This document shows, piece by piece, positions 46,532 through 55,795 of a stretch of 64,000 nucleotides of DNA (its first letter is position 1; every line of letters begins with the position of its first letter). The notes below the pieces were generated by a model. That model made no database searches, had not been told where the DNA came from, and saw only the letters and a list, made by a program, of their open reading frames with translations. The stretch is from an uncultured bacterium (GTDB lineage: Bacteria; Bacillota; Clostridia; Oscillospirales; CAG-272). The stretch is from positions 10,323 to 74,322 of the forward strand of contig CASFDI010000050.1 in the NCBI GenBank assembly GCA_949293405.1, in the 5' to 3' direction. The translations under genes and the position numbers were made by a program.

Positions 46532-47158
46532 TCACACCAGCCTGATCCCCAGCCGCCGCGCCAGCAGCACACATTGGCCGGGTGCCATCGTGACCCCGCG
46601 CAATTCGGACATCGTGTCCGAGAGGGTCAGCGCCTCCAGTTCACAGTCCGACAGATCCACACCCGAAAGACGGGTCTGGAAAAAAGATACCCGCCGCATG
46701 CGGCACCCCTCAGGTCTCCAGTCCTTCTGTGTGCAGGCACTGAGCGAAGCATCGTCGAAGTTGCACTCCCGGCTGGTGAGTGCGCGCAGCTGCGCGTGGT
46801 CAAAATTGGTAAAGGAAAAATTGCACGATTCCCACAGGCAGGACCTGATCACGCTGTCGGTGCAGTCGCATCCCAGCATTTTGACCCCTGTCATCACACA
46901 GCCGTCAAAAAAAGCAGAAGCAAACCTGCTGCCTGAAAAATCGCAGTTGACAAACCGGACCGAGCGGAACTCACAGCCGGAAAAATCACAACCGGTCATC
47001 CGCACGCCTGTAAAAAGGCACCGGGTGAAGCAGGCACGACGGAAGCCGGTATCCGTCGCCCCGGCGGTAAATGATGCCTCCCGGAAATCTGTGTCGCCCA
47101 GCGGCACCGCAGGCGGGAAATCCGATCCGAAATGTGGATCCAAAGCGGAAATCAGCAT
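46532..47158 (-). CDS. pentapeptide repeat protein (Qnr/MfpA/McbG-like size)
   Basis: It has tandem A(D/N)LxX-type pentapeptides (CDFSGCEFRSVRFVNCDFSGSRFASAFFDGC...). I prefer the start at MLISAL (47158), which has a GAGGAG SD. The ORF extends to 47182. Confidence 0.8.
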   Translation of the reverse strand: MLISALDPHFGSDFPPAVPLGDTDFREASFTAGATDTGFRRACFTRCLFTGVRMTGCDFSGCEFRSVRFVNCDFSGSRFASAFFDGCVMTGVKMLGCDCTDSVIRSCLWESCNFSFTNFDHAQLRALTSRECNFDDASLSACTQKDWRPEGCRMRRVSFFQTRLSGVDLSDCELEALTLSDTMSELRGVTMAPGQCVLLARRLGIRLV

Positions 47159-47165
47159 CGCATCT

Positions 47166-47744
47166 TTACTCCTCAAATCCATCCGTATAGTGATTCAACA
47201 GTTTAATACGCTCTTTATAATCAGGCAGAATTTGTCCCACCAGTGCATAAAAGGCAGCGCTGTGGTTCAGATGCACCAGATGCGCCAGTTCGTGTACCAC
47301 CACATAATCCACCGCCCGCTCCGGGTATCGCATCAGGTAGCAGGAGAAGCAGATGCGTCCGGCTGCCGAGCAGCTGCCATAGCGCCGACGCGCGCGCGTA
47401 ATGCGGATTCCCGCCGGTGCAAGTCCCATCTGCCGCGCATAATGCTGTACCCGCCCGGGCAGAATTTCCTTTGCACGGGCAATCAGCGCGGCTTCGCTTT
47501 CCTGCCCGAGAAAAGAGTTTCTTTCCCGGATGCGTCTCTGATGCACATCGATCCACCCGAGATGCGCGGTAAAGAATGCGTGCGCCTGTGCGGCAGGCAT
47601 GTGCTGCGGCATCCGGATCAGGATTTCTCCCTCGGGCGAAAACGCGAGCGAGAGCGTTCTGCGGTCAGAGCGGCAAAGGGTACAGTCGTATCCCTCCCAC
47701 CGGACCTGCTCTTTGCCGGAGCGAGTGTGTTCGCTTTTTTTCAT
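47166..47744 (-). CDS. M48-like metallopeptidase, YgjP/DUF45 family
   Basis: HExxH motif in VVHELAHLVHLNH. The start is taken at MKKSEH (47744). Confidence 0.75.
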   Translation of the reverse strand: MKKSEHTRSGKEQVRWEGYDCTLCRSDRRTLSLAFSPEGEILIRMPQHMPAAQAHAFFTAHLGWIDVHQRRIRERNSFLGQESEAALIARAKEILPGRVQHYARQMGLAPAGIRITRARRRYGSCSAAGRICFSCYLMRYPERAVDYVVVHELAHLVHLNHSAAFYALVGQILPDYKERIKLLNHYTDGFEE

Positions 47745-47786
47745 GCCGCCGCCTTTCTGCCCCGTGTAACCTTCAGGGGGCATTTC

Positions 47787-48704
47787 ATGGAAAAATCATT
47801 CAGGAAAAATCTCCGCGGACATCTGTCTGCCGCTCTGGCAGTCACTGTCTGGGGATCTGCTTTTATAGCGACGGCAAAACTGCTTGCTTCTTTTTCCGAG
47901 CTTGAGGTCGTTCTGCTTCGCTTTATAATTGCCTATTTGTTCATATGGATTTTGTTTCCTCACAGACGGCGCATGCCGGCTCGGGATGAAATCCGCATCG
48001 CGCTCAGCGGTGTGCTGGGTTGCACGCTCTACTTCTGGTCAGAGAATCTTGCGCTTGCGGGCACATCGGCGTCAACTGTCAGCATCCTGGTGTCCACTTC
48101 TCCGGTTTTCGTGGCACTGCTGGAATATGCCCGCCGGAGAGAGAAACAGACCCTGCGCGGCATCTTCACCGGCTTTGCGCTTGCGATGACCGGCGTGATC
48201 CTCACTGTCTCGCAGCAGATACCGGCCGGGGCGCACTGGTACGGCAGCCTGTTTGCTCTGCTTGCATCGCTGTGTTGGGCGGGATTTGCTTTTATGCAGG
48301 CGCCCTTGCTGGAGCGTTATCCGCCCGTTCTCCTGACACGCAAATTGCTCTTTTACGGCATTCTCAGCATTCTGCCGCTGTTGCTGATCCGAAACCGGCC
48401 CTTCCCGATATCTGCAATTTTCCAAAGCGGAAACCTGTACTATCTGCTTTTCCTCGGCATTGCGGGAAGCGGCATCGGATTTCTGCTGTGGAATACCGCC
48501 CAGGAATTGCTGGGAGTCGTGCGTTCCAACAACTATCTGTATGCCGTGCCGTTTGTCACGCTGGCAGTCTCCTTTCTGTTTCTGGGAGAGCCTGTCACCC
48601 TGCGGCAGGTTGCCGGAAGTGTTCTGATCGTCTGCGGTGTGGCCGTATCCGCATCACAGCCTTCTGACTTACCCGATCACACCACCGAGCCACAAGCCGA
48701 TTAG
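47787..48704 (+). CDS. DMT (EamA) family transporter
   Basis: This is the last 305 codons of the 726-aa ORF. It starts at MEKSFRKNL, preceded by AGGGGG, and has a ten-TM-like duplicated EamA pattern. Confidence 0.8.
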   Translation: MEKSFRKNLRGHLSAALAVTVWGSAFIATAKLLASFSELEVVLLRFIIAYLFIWILFPHRRRMPARDEIRIALSGVLGCTLYFWSENLALAGTSASTVSILVSTSPVFVALLEYARRREKQTLRGIFTGFALAMTGVILTVSQQIPAGAHWYGSLFALLASLCWAGFAFMQAPLLERYPPVLLTRKLLFYGILSILPLLLIRNRPFPISAIFQSGNLYYLLFLGIAGSGIGFLLWNTAQELLGVVRSNNYLYAVPFVTLAVSFLFLGEPVTLRQVAGSVLIVCGVAVSASQPSDLPDHTTEPQAD

Positions 48705-48950
48705 CACATGAAGCGCGACAGAAAACAGGTTGACTGCCCAGAAGGAGGCATGACGCGTTTTATGCCGGAACAGCTGCATGGCGATGAGAGCACCCGCCGC
48801 ACCGCCCAGAAAACCGGTCAGCAGAAGCGTGCGCTCCCGGATGCGTCGTCTGCCGCGAACCGCACGGCGCTTGTCGCTGCCATAGAGGACCATGCAGATC
48901 ACACTCACCCCTGCCAGATAAATCAGATAATACAAAAGCACTTCTCGCAT
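48669..48950 (-). CDS. DUF1294 family membrane protein
   Basis: YGSDKRRA..RIRERTLLL.GFLGGAAGALIAMQLFRHKTRH is typical of DUF1294. The start is at MREVLL, preceded by AAAGGAG. Confidence 0.7.
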   Translation of the reverse strand: MREVLLYYLIYLAGVSVICMVLYGSDKRRAVRGRRRIRERTLLLTGFLGGAAGALIAMQLFRHKTRHASFWAVNLFSVALHVLIGLWLGGVIG

Positions 48951-48978
48951 GACCGTACTCCTTTCGGCAAGTACTCCT

Positions 48979-49007
48979 ATTGTACCACAGAACCGAGAGA
49001 ATTGCAA
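48979..49007 (-). promoter_or_regulatory. sigma-A promoter for the DUF1294 gene
   Basis: The minus strand reads TTGCAA, 17 nt, then TGgTACAAT. Confidence 0.5.
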
Positions 49008-49113
49008 CACAACCACACAGAAGAGCATCCGCCGTTTCCGGAGGAAGTACCCGGGTATGCAGCATCCGTCCCCGCAAGGCACCGATAACGCCCTGCGGGG
49101 ACGACGTTTATAT

Positions 49114-51438
49114 TCAAGGCAGACCGTACGCTTCCTCCTGTTCCTCTTCATCTCCCGGGGACGGTTCCTGCGGCTCCGGACAGACATACGGGTCTTCCGA
49201 AAGAACGGTTCCGTCAGGCAGTGTCAGAGCGTGTTTTTTCAGAAACACACGGCACCCCGGGAAAAAGCCGGCCGTGGGATCAGGGACCCAACAGGAGTTT
49301 TCCGCATCGAAAACATAGTAGCCGTGATCGGAGCAAATGTGGCGCGGCGCGTTGTCAGGTGTGAAAAATCCGAGCCGGATCCGGCTGCCGCGTGCATCTT
49401 CTGCGCAGGCGCGGTCCGGAATACCGCCCGAATCCGCACAGTACGGCAAAAGGATGGTTCCGGGCGCCTGTATGAAGGAGCGTACCGGCACGGAGGGATT
49501 ATCAAGAACCGGAGCATGTGCCGTCCGGAGGATCCGGTCCGAAAGCGAAATCGCGTTCACCGTACCGTAGACCCCTTTCATATCCGTGATCCGGACCGCA
49601 CTCAACAGATACGGTGTGAATCCTACAAAATAACGGTCGGCATCCCCGCTGGTGGTACCCGTCTTGCCTGCCGTATCCAGATCCTGCGCCACCGTCAGAT
49701 GACGCGCGGTCCCCTCGGAGGTAACGCCGGTCAGCATCTGTGTCATAATGGATGCAGTCTGCGGACTCCATATTTTTTTGTAAACGGCGGTATTTTCAAG
49801 AATCGGATTGCCCTCGCGGTCGCATACTTGCAGATAGGAGCGTACCTGCGGCATCTCTCCCCCGGTCGGGAAAGCCGCATAGGCCCGTGCCAGCTCTTCC
49901 AGCGTGACACCGTAGGTCAGCTGCCCGAGTGCCAAGGGCGATGCGGCAAGATCACTCACGGCGCGGCTACCCGTGGCGCCATTGCGCACCAGAGAGGAAA
50001 ACTCCAGTTTTTCTGACAGATGTCGGAAAATCCATTCTTTCCCCAGACGCTCATACAACTGCACCGCAACCGTGTTTTTTGAATTTGCAAGCGCTTCGTA
50101 TGCCGAAATGCGCCCGGCAAACCGGTCGGGAGAGTTGTGCGGAAAAATGCTTCCGTCCTCGCGCAGCATGGGCACATCCCAGAACTGTGTCCCCCAGTTG
50201 ATCATGCGTGATTCCAGAGCGGGCGCATACAGGGCAAGCGGTTTCAGGGTGGAGCCGGGCGGACGCCGGACCTCGGTCGCATAGTTGAGCAGACGATTTG
50301 CCGTTTTGGGGCCGCCGTCCCCTGCCACAGCCAGCAGATTGCCGCTTGACGGCGAGAGTAAAAGCGCGGCATAGTGGCGCCCCTCGTCGGTCGGGACCTG
50401 CTCGAGAATCTCCTCAAGTCCTGCCTGAAGCGCCGGATGTACTGCCAGCGTGATCTGCAATCCGCCGCCGTAAACCATGGCAGAAGCCGCCCTGCGTGAA
50501 ATCTGCAATTTTTCGGAAAGATCGCGGATCACATCCGCGGCAGCGCTCTCCACATACCAGTTGTGGGTGTATTCTCCGTTCCGGGTGGGTTTCAGATGCA
50601 GGGTCAGTTCCTCCTCCATCGCCCGTCCGGCTTCCTCCTCTCCGATCACCCCGGCCTGCTGCATGGCGCTGAGTACCAGTCTTCTGCGCTGTGCGTTCGC
50701 CTCGGGAAAGCGTACCGGATCGTATCGGTAGGGCGCATTGGTTGCCGCGGCAAGAGCGGCACATTCGACAAGCGTCAGTTGCTCCACCGTCTTGTCAAAA
50801 TAGTATGATGCCGCAGCACCCACGCCGAAGCAATTGTTTCCCAGCGGGATCACATTGAGGTACCCGGCAAGAATTTCATCTTTGGAAAGGCGGCGCTCCA
50901 GTTGGGTGGCGCGGACCATTTCCCGTATTTTCCGCCGCACGGTGGTCTGATTTTCACCGGATACATTCTTCACCAACTGTTGAGTAATAGTCGAACCGCC
51001 GAATGCCGACCGGAAATGCAACACATGATTGACGCCTGCCCCCAGCGTGCGGTACCAGTCGATTCCGTCATGCCGGTAAAAGCGCTTATCCTCAATGCAT
51101 ACAAAAGCCATTTTCAGATTGTAAGGCAGCTCCTGCGCGCTGACATAGATACTGTTTTCGCTTCCGTAGAGGGTATCATAAAGGTACAGCTCCTGATCGT
51201 ATACGGAGCTGCCGTAAAGATTTTCCGGTCCATCCCGGTATGCATACAGGCGCGTGGTTTTCCCGGCGGAGACCGATGCAAGCAGCTGCAGATCGGTTTC
51301 CGGATCCACATCGGAAAGCGCAGTTGCATAGATCACGCCCGATGCCGCTGCTGCTACTGCCGCCAGTACCAGGATTGCCGCGCATAGTCGATAAGCCCGT
51401 CTGCTTTTTCTGCTTTCTCTGTCATCTCTCTTTTTCAT
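49114..51438 (-). CDS. bifunctional class A penicillin-binding protein (GT51 glycosyltransferase plus transpeptidase)
   Basis: An N-terminal TM anchor is followed by GT51 motifs (EDKRFYRHDGID, GGSTITQQLVKN) and transpeptidase motifs (STLKP, SKNT, KTGT). Confidence 0.9.
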   Translation of the reverse strand: MKKRDDRESRKSRRAYRLCAAILVLAAVAAAASGVIYATALSDVDPETDLQLLASVSAGKTTRLYAYRDGPENLYGSSVYDQELYLYDTLYGSENSIYVSAQELPYNLKMAFVCIEDKRFYRHDGIDWYRTLGAGVNHVLHFRSAFGGSTITQQLVKNVSGENQTTVRRKIREMVRATQLERRLSKDEILAGYLNVIPLGNNCFGVGAAASYYFDKTVEQLTLVECAALAAATNAPYRYDPVRFPEANAQRRRLVLSAMQQAGVIGEEEAGRAMEEELTLHLKPTRNGEYTHNWYVESAAADVIRDLSEKLQISRRAASAMVYGGGLQITLAVHPALQAGLEEILEQVPTDEGRHYAALLLSPSSGNLLAVAGDGGPKTANRLLNYATEVRRPPGSTLKPLALYAPALESRMINWGTQFWDVPMLREDGSIFPHNSPDRFAGRISAYEALANSKNTVAVQLYERLGKEWIFRHLSEKLEFSSLVRNGATGSRAVSDLAASPLALGQLTYGVTLEELARAYAAFPTGGEMPQVRSYLQVCDREGNPILENTAVYKKIWSPQTASIMTQMLTGVTSEGTARHLTVAQDLDTAGKTGTTSGDADRYFVGFTPYLLSAVRITDMKGVYGTVNAISLSDRILRTAHAPVLDNPSVPVRSFIQAPGTILLPYCADSGGIPDRACAEDARGSRIRLGFFTPDNAPRHICSDHGYYVFDAENSCWVPDPTAGFFPGCRVFLKKHALTLPDGTVLSEDPYVCPEPQEPSPGDEEEQEEAYGLP

Positions 51439-51441
51439 CGT

Positions 51442-51467
51442 AAAAAAAGAGCCGCACTGAGCGGCTC
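51442..51467 (-). terminator. intrinsic terminator after truA, ending 3 nt before the PBP1A ATG
   Basis: The minus strand reads GAGCCGC-tcagt-GCGGCTC, then TTTTTTT, then ACG, then ATG. Confidence 0.65.
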
Positions 51468-51528
51468 CCGCCTCCTCTCCGTCCTGGCGTTAGTCTTGGC
51501 GGAGAGTCGGATTTTATCAATGAGAAAT

Positions 51529-52284
51529 TCATACATTGGAGTAAAACACACGCGCAAGATACAGCCCGTCGGGGGGCGCCGTGCACCCTGCGGCCGTGCG
51601 GTCCCGCAGCTGCAGAATTTCGCCCACCGGACGATCCAGCCGTCCGTATGCAAGGTCCAGCAGTGTTCCGGTCATAATGCGCACCATATTGTAGAGAAAA
51701 CCATCGGCAGAAACCGTAAAATGAATTTCATCGCCGACCCGCTGCACCGTAAAGGAGCGCACCGTACGCACATAACGGCGGGTCTGTGCACCCTTCGCCA
51801 TAAAGGAAGTAAAATCATGCGTTCCGATAAATTGGCAAGCCTGGGACTGCATCCGGGTCACCATGTCGTCGGTAATGCGTTTCGGCACATGCCAGACCAG
51901 CCCGCGCAGGAACGGAGAATGCACCGGCGTATTGAGAACACGGTAGAGGTATTCCTTTCCTGTCGCGTCATAGCGCGGATGAAAGTCGTCGGGTACCTGG
52001 CGCGCCTCCAGTACGGAAATGTCCTCCGGCAGAAAGCGCGCTACCGCAAGCGGAAGTACCGCAGGCGCAATGGCAGGTGCGCCGGGCACCGGCAGGACGG
52101 TGACGCGCGCGCCCGTGGCGTGCACGCCGCTGTCGGTACGGCTGCAGCCGGTGACGGCAACCGGGCCTTCAAACAAGGAAGAAAACGCCTGGGTCAGCGT
52201 GCCCTGCACCGTACGCCTGTCCGGCTGAAACTGAAATCCGCAGAAGCCGTCTCCGCGGTATGCAACTGTCAGCAGATACTTCAT
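51529..52284 (-). CDS. truA: tRNA pseudouridine(38-40) synthase
   Basis: MKYLLTVAYRGDGFCGFQ and GCSRTDSGVHA (catalytic Asp) are present. The start gives an ATGA overlap with the ecfT stop. Confidence 0.9.
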   Translation of the reverse strand: MKYLLTVAYRGDGFCGFQFQPDRRTVQGTLTQAFSSLFEGPVAVTGCSRTDSGVHATGARVTVLPVPGAPAIAPAVLPLAVARFLPEDISVLEARQVPDDFHPRYDATGKEYLYRVLNTPVHSPFLRGLVWHVPKRITDDMVTRMQSQACQFIGTHDFTSFMAKGAQTRRYVRTVRSFTVQRVGDEIHFTVSADGFLYNMVRIMTGTLLDLAYGRLDRPVGEILQLRDRTAAGCTAPPDGLYLARVFYSNV

Positions 52285-53117
52285 ACCGTGAATCCGATAC
52301 CGAGCGCCGCAAGTACCCGGTTGCCCGCAATGATCGCCGCCAGAAAAACCGCCACCAGCAAAAAGGCAACCACATCCCGCACACGGTACTGCAGTTTCAC
52401 CAGTTTGGTGCGGCCTTTCCCGCCCCGGTAACAGCGGCATTCCATGGCGTTCGCCAGATCGAAGGCACGCTGAAACGCCGAAACAAACAGCGGAATCAGA
52501 ATGGGGATCAGCGCCTTTGCGCGCCGGATCAGAGAGCCGGAGGTAAAGTCGGCGCCGCGCGCTTTCTGCGCGTTCATGATTTTTTCGGTTTCTTCCACCA
52601 GCGTGGGAATGAAACGGAGCGCGATGGTCATCATCATGGCGAACTCATGCACCGGAACGCGGATTTTTTTCAGCGGCCCCAGCAGGGATTCGATGGCATC
52701 GGTCAGCGAGATGGGCGAGGTGGTGTAAGTGAGGAAGACACTGGTTGCAATGATCAGGAAAATCACCCGCAGCGCCATGAACACCGCACGCAGAATCCCC
52801 TCCCAGTAAATCTTGATCCGCCAGAAGGAAACCAGCGGTTCGCTGTCACCCGAAGTCCAGAAAATATTGAGAATCATCGTGAAAATCAATATGAAGACAA
52901 TCGGCTTCAGCCCTTTGAGGATCATCCGCAGCGGAATCCCGCTCAGTGCCACCAAAAGCAGGGTTCCTGCGAAAATCAACGCATAGCAGAAAATATTCTT
53001 TGCCATGAAGATCGCGACAATGTACAGGATGGAAGAGATAATTTTGGTACGGGGATCCAGTCGGTGCAACACGGAGTTGCCGGCAAAATACTGCCCCAGC
53101 GTAATATCGGAAATCAC
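52281..53117 (-). CDS. ecfT: energy-coupling factor transporter transmembrane subunit
   Basis: 278 aa polytopic protein with the CbiQ/EcfT motif RGADF and ARG-containing coupling helices. It follows two ecfA genes. Confidence 0.9.
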   Translation of the reverse strand: MISDITLGQYFAGNSVLHRLDPRTKIISSILYIVAIFMAKNIFCYALIFAGTLLLVALSGIPLRMILKGLKPIVFILIFTMILNIFWTSGDSEPLVSFWRIKIYWEGILRAVFMALRVIFLIIATSVFLTYTTSPISLTDAIESLLGPLKKIRVPVHEFAMMMTIALRFIPTLVEETEKIMNAQKARGADFTSGSLIRRAKALIPILIPLFVSAFQRAFDLANAMECRCYRGGKGRTKLVKLQYRVRDVVAFLLVAVFLAAIIAGNRVLAALGIGFTV

Positions 53118-53989
53118 GCTTTTCCCTCCCTTCCGAGATAGCGCAGAACCGCATGGTACATGGCCTCGACCGTATACAGGTCACCCTCCAGCATGATGCC
53201 GCGCTGCCGCAGGGCAAGCGCAATTTTGGAAATCTGGGGCACATCCAGATTGACATCCGCCAGATCCTGCGCGCGGGAGAAAATTTCCGCAACGCTCCCT
53301 GTGGCATACACGCGTGCCTGATTCATCACAATTACCCGGTCACAGTAGTGCGCCATATCCTCCATGCTGTGACTGACCAGAATGACCGTCGCATGATTTT
53401 CGGAACGGTAACGGCTCAGCCCGCCCAGAATTTCCCGGCGGCCCCGCGGATCCAGACCCGCAGCAGGTTCATCCAGCACCAGCACCTCGGGGCGCATGGC
53501 CAGCACACCTGCGATTGCGGCGCGCCTCTTCTGCCCGCCCGACAGGTCAAACGGCGATTTGTCCAGCAGTTCCTCGGGCAGTGAAACGAACTGTGCCGCT
53601 TCCCGCACCCGATCCGCCACTTCTCCGTCTGAAAGTCCCATATTGCGCGGCCCGAATCCGATATCGGAGCGCACGGTTTCGTCAAACAGCTGATATTCGG
53701 GATACTGCATCACCAGTCCGACCCGGAAACGGATGGAACGGATCTCTTTAGGGCGCGCCCAGATATCGGCGCCATCGAGCAGGACCTGTCCCTCTGTGGG
53801 CCGGAGCAGACCGTTGAACAGTTGCACCATGGTGGACTTGCCGGAACCGGTATGACCGATCAGGCCGGTGGTCACGCCCTCCTCGAATGCAACCGAAACA
53901 TGGTCGAGCGCAGTGCGCTGGTACGGCGTGCCCGTGCCGTAGATATAAGTGACATCTTTCAGTTCAATCTTGTTTTTCGTCATGGTCAT
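53114..53989 (-). CDS. ecfA2: energy-coupling factor transporter ATPase (second)
   Basis: GHTGSGKST, LSGGQKRRAAIA and VLVLDEPAAGLD are present. Confidence 0.9.
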   Translation of the reverse strand: MTMTKNKIELKDVTYIYGTGTPYQRTALDHVSVAFEEGVTTGLIGHTGSGKSTMVQLFNGLLRPTEGQVLLDGADIWARPKEIRSIRFRVGLVMQYPEYQLFDETVRSDIGFGPRNMGLSDGEVADRVREAAQFVSLPEELLDKSPFDLSGGQKRRAAIAGVLAMRPEVLVLDEPAAGLDPRGRREILGGLSRYRSENHATVILVSHSMEDMAHYCDRVIVMNQARVYATGSVAEIFSRAQDLADVNLDVPQISKIALALRQRGIMLEGDLYTVEAMYHAVLRYLGREGKA

Positions 53990-54878
53990 CCGTCGGCGTC
54001 TGCCTCACTTTATTTTCAGTAATGATTCTGTACAACTCGTCCGTGCACGCCTCAACCGTGATACAGTCCTCCCGGACCGCGAAGCCGTCTCGCGCCAGCA
54101 TGTGCAACAGTTCAGTTCCCTGCGGCACTTCCAGCCCCACCTCGCGCAATTCTTCCACATGAGAAAATACCGCTTCGGGCGTATCGTCATGGAAAATGGT
54201 CCCGTCGTTCATGATTACCACGCGATCGGCGCGTGCCGCCTCATCCATATAATGTGTGATATGCAGCACTGTAATGCCGAAAGTCCGGTTGAGCCGCTCC
54301 ATCGTATCGGTAACTTCTTTTCGTCCCATCGGATCCAGCATAGCGGTGGACTCATCAAAAATAATGCATTTGGGCATCATGGCAATCACGCCCGCAATGG
54401 CAACGCGCTGTTTCTGTCCTCCCGACAGTTTGTGCGGCGCATGGTGCGCGTACTCGGTCATCCCCACCATTTCCAGTGCTTCATCCACCCGGATGCGGAT
54501 CTCCTCGCGCGGGATTCCCAGATTTTCAGGTCCGAACGCCACATCTTCTTCCACCAGTGTGGCAACCAGCTGGTTATCCGGGTTCTGGAACACCATGCCG
54601 ACATTGCGGCGCACATCGAAGATCTCGTCCTCGGTCAGCAGCGCATCGGCTGTGACGGTTTTCCCCGCCACATGCAGCACACCGCCGGTCGGAGTGAGAA
54701 TCAGGTTGAGCAATTTGGCAAATGTGGATTTCCCGGACCCGTTATGTCCCAGCACGGCAACATATTCGCCCTGCCGGATGGATATATCCAGCCCGCGCAG
54801 AGCGGGCACGGAAGTCTGATTGACCTCATCCTCGTAGGAAAACTGCAGATTTTCGGTCCGGATAAACGGTTCGCTCAT
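53964..54878 (-). CDS. ecfA1: energy-coupling factor transporter ATPase (first)
   Basis: GHNGSGKST, LSGGQKQRVAIA and CIIFDESTAMLD are present. Confidence 0.9.
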   Translation of the reverse strand: MSEPFIRTENLQFSYEDEVNQTSVPALRGLDISIRQGEYVAVLGHNGSGKSTFAKLLNLILTPTGGVLHVAGKTVTADALLTEDEIFDVRRNVGMVFQNPDNQLVATLVEEDVAFGPENLGIPREEIRIRVDEALEMVGMTEYAHHAPHKLSGGQKQRVAIAGVIAMMPKCIIFDESTAMLDPMGRKEVTDTMERLNRTFGITVLHITHYMDEAARADRVVIMNDGTIFHDDTPEAVFSHVEELREVGLEVPQGTELLHMLARDGFAVREDCITVEACTDELYRIITENKVRQTPTDDHDEKQD

Positions 54879-54886
54879 AGTTCACC

Positions 54887-55750
54887 TCACAAAAAGACAT
54901 GCCGCACGCAGTTGCCTGCCGGCAGATATCCGCCCCCGGCGGTCACCGGGATGCCCAGTTCCCCGGCCTCGCTCCGCCCGCCGAAACGCGCTCCGATGCG
55001 CATGCGCACCATATACGCCATGGTAGACGGACTGAGTCCCGCGGTATAGGAATTGAGCAGGAAGAACAGGGGCTGTGCGGACAGCAGATCTGAAAGCAGC
55101 GCAATCAGCGGGTCGATGGCGTCTTCAATTTTCCATACCTCGCCGGTCGGGCCCCGTCCGTAGGAAGGCGGGTCCAGGATGATGCCGTCATAGGTGTTGC
55201 CACGGCGGATCTCACGCTCGGCAAATTTCCGGCAGTCGTCCACAATATAGCGGATCGGCGCATCCGCAAGTCCCGAAAGGCGCGCATTTTCGCGTGCCTG
55301 TGCCACCATGCCGCGCGCGGCATCCACATGGCACACCGAAGCGCCCGCGGCTGCCGCCGCGACCGTTGCGCCACCGGTATAGGCAAACAGGTTGAGCACC
55401 CGCACCGGACGGCCGGCACGCCGGATCAGATCGGAGAACCAATCCCAGTTGGCGCTCTGTTCGGGAAAGACACCTGTATGCTTGAAGCCCATCGGCCGGA
55501 TCAGGAAGCGCAGTGACCCGTAGCCGATGGTCCAGTGGTCGGGCAGCCGGTTTTCGCTCCACGCGCCGCCTCCGGAGCCGGAGCGCCGGTAACTGGCATC
55601 GGCATGCTTCCAGCCCGCGTGCGTACGGGGACTCTGCCAGATGACCTGCGGATCGGGGCGGATCAGGGTATAACTGCCCCACCGCTCCAGCCTCTCCCCG
55701 CCGGAAGCATCCAGCAATTCGTAGTCTTTCCATCCGTCGGCAATATACAT
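54887..55750 (-). CDS. class I SAM-dependent methyltransferase (RlmI/RlmK C-terminal-like, no PUA domain)
   Basis: VLNLFAYTGGATVAAAAAGA (SAM-binding motif I) and ILDPPSYGRG are present. Confidence 0.75.
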   Translation of the reverse strand: MYIADGWKDYELLDASGGERLERWGSYTLIRPDPQVIWQSPRTHAGWKHADASYRRSGSGGGAWSENRLPDHWTIGYGSLRFLIRPMGFKHTGVFPEQSANWDWFSDLIRRAGRPVRVLNLFAYTGGATVAAAAAGASVCHVDAARGMVAQARENARLSGLADAPIRYIVDDCRKFAEREIRRGNTYDGIILDPPSYGRGPTGEVWKIEDAIDPLIALLSDLLSAQPLFFLLNSYTAGLSPSTMAYMVRMRIGARFGGRSEAGELGIPVTAGGGYLPAGNCVRHVFL

Positions 55751-55795
55751 GCGTTTCCTTCCCGTCCCGCTCCGCAGGGATACAGCGGATCGTGT

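Noticed and set aside
46524-47786. The first 421 codons of the 726-aa plus-strand ORF 46524..48704.
   Set aside because: This part is a shadow frame running antisense through the pentapeptide-repeat and M48 genes. Only the last 305 codons, from ATG 47787 with an AGGGGG SD, look like a DMT/EamA transporter.
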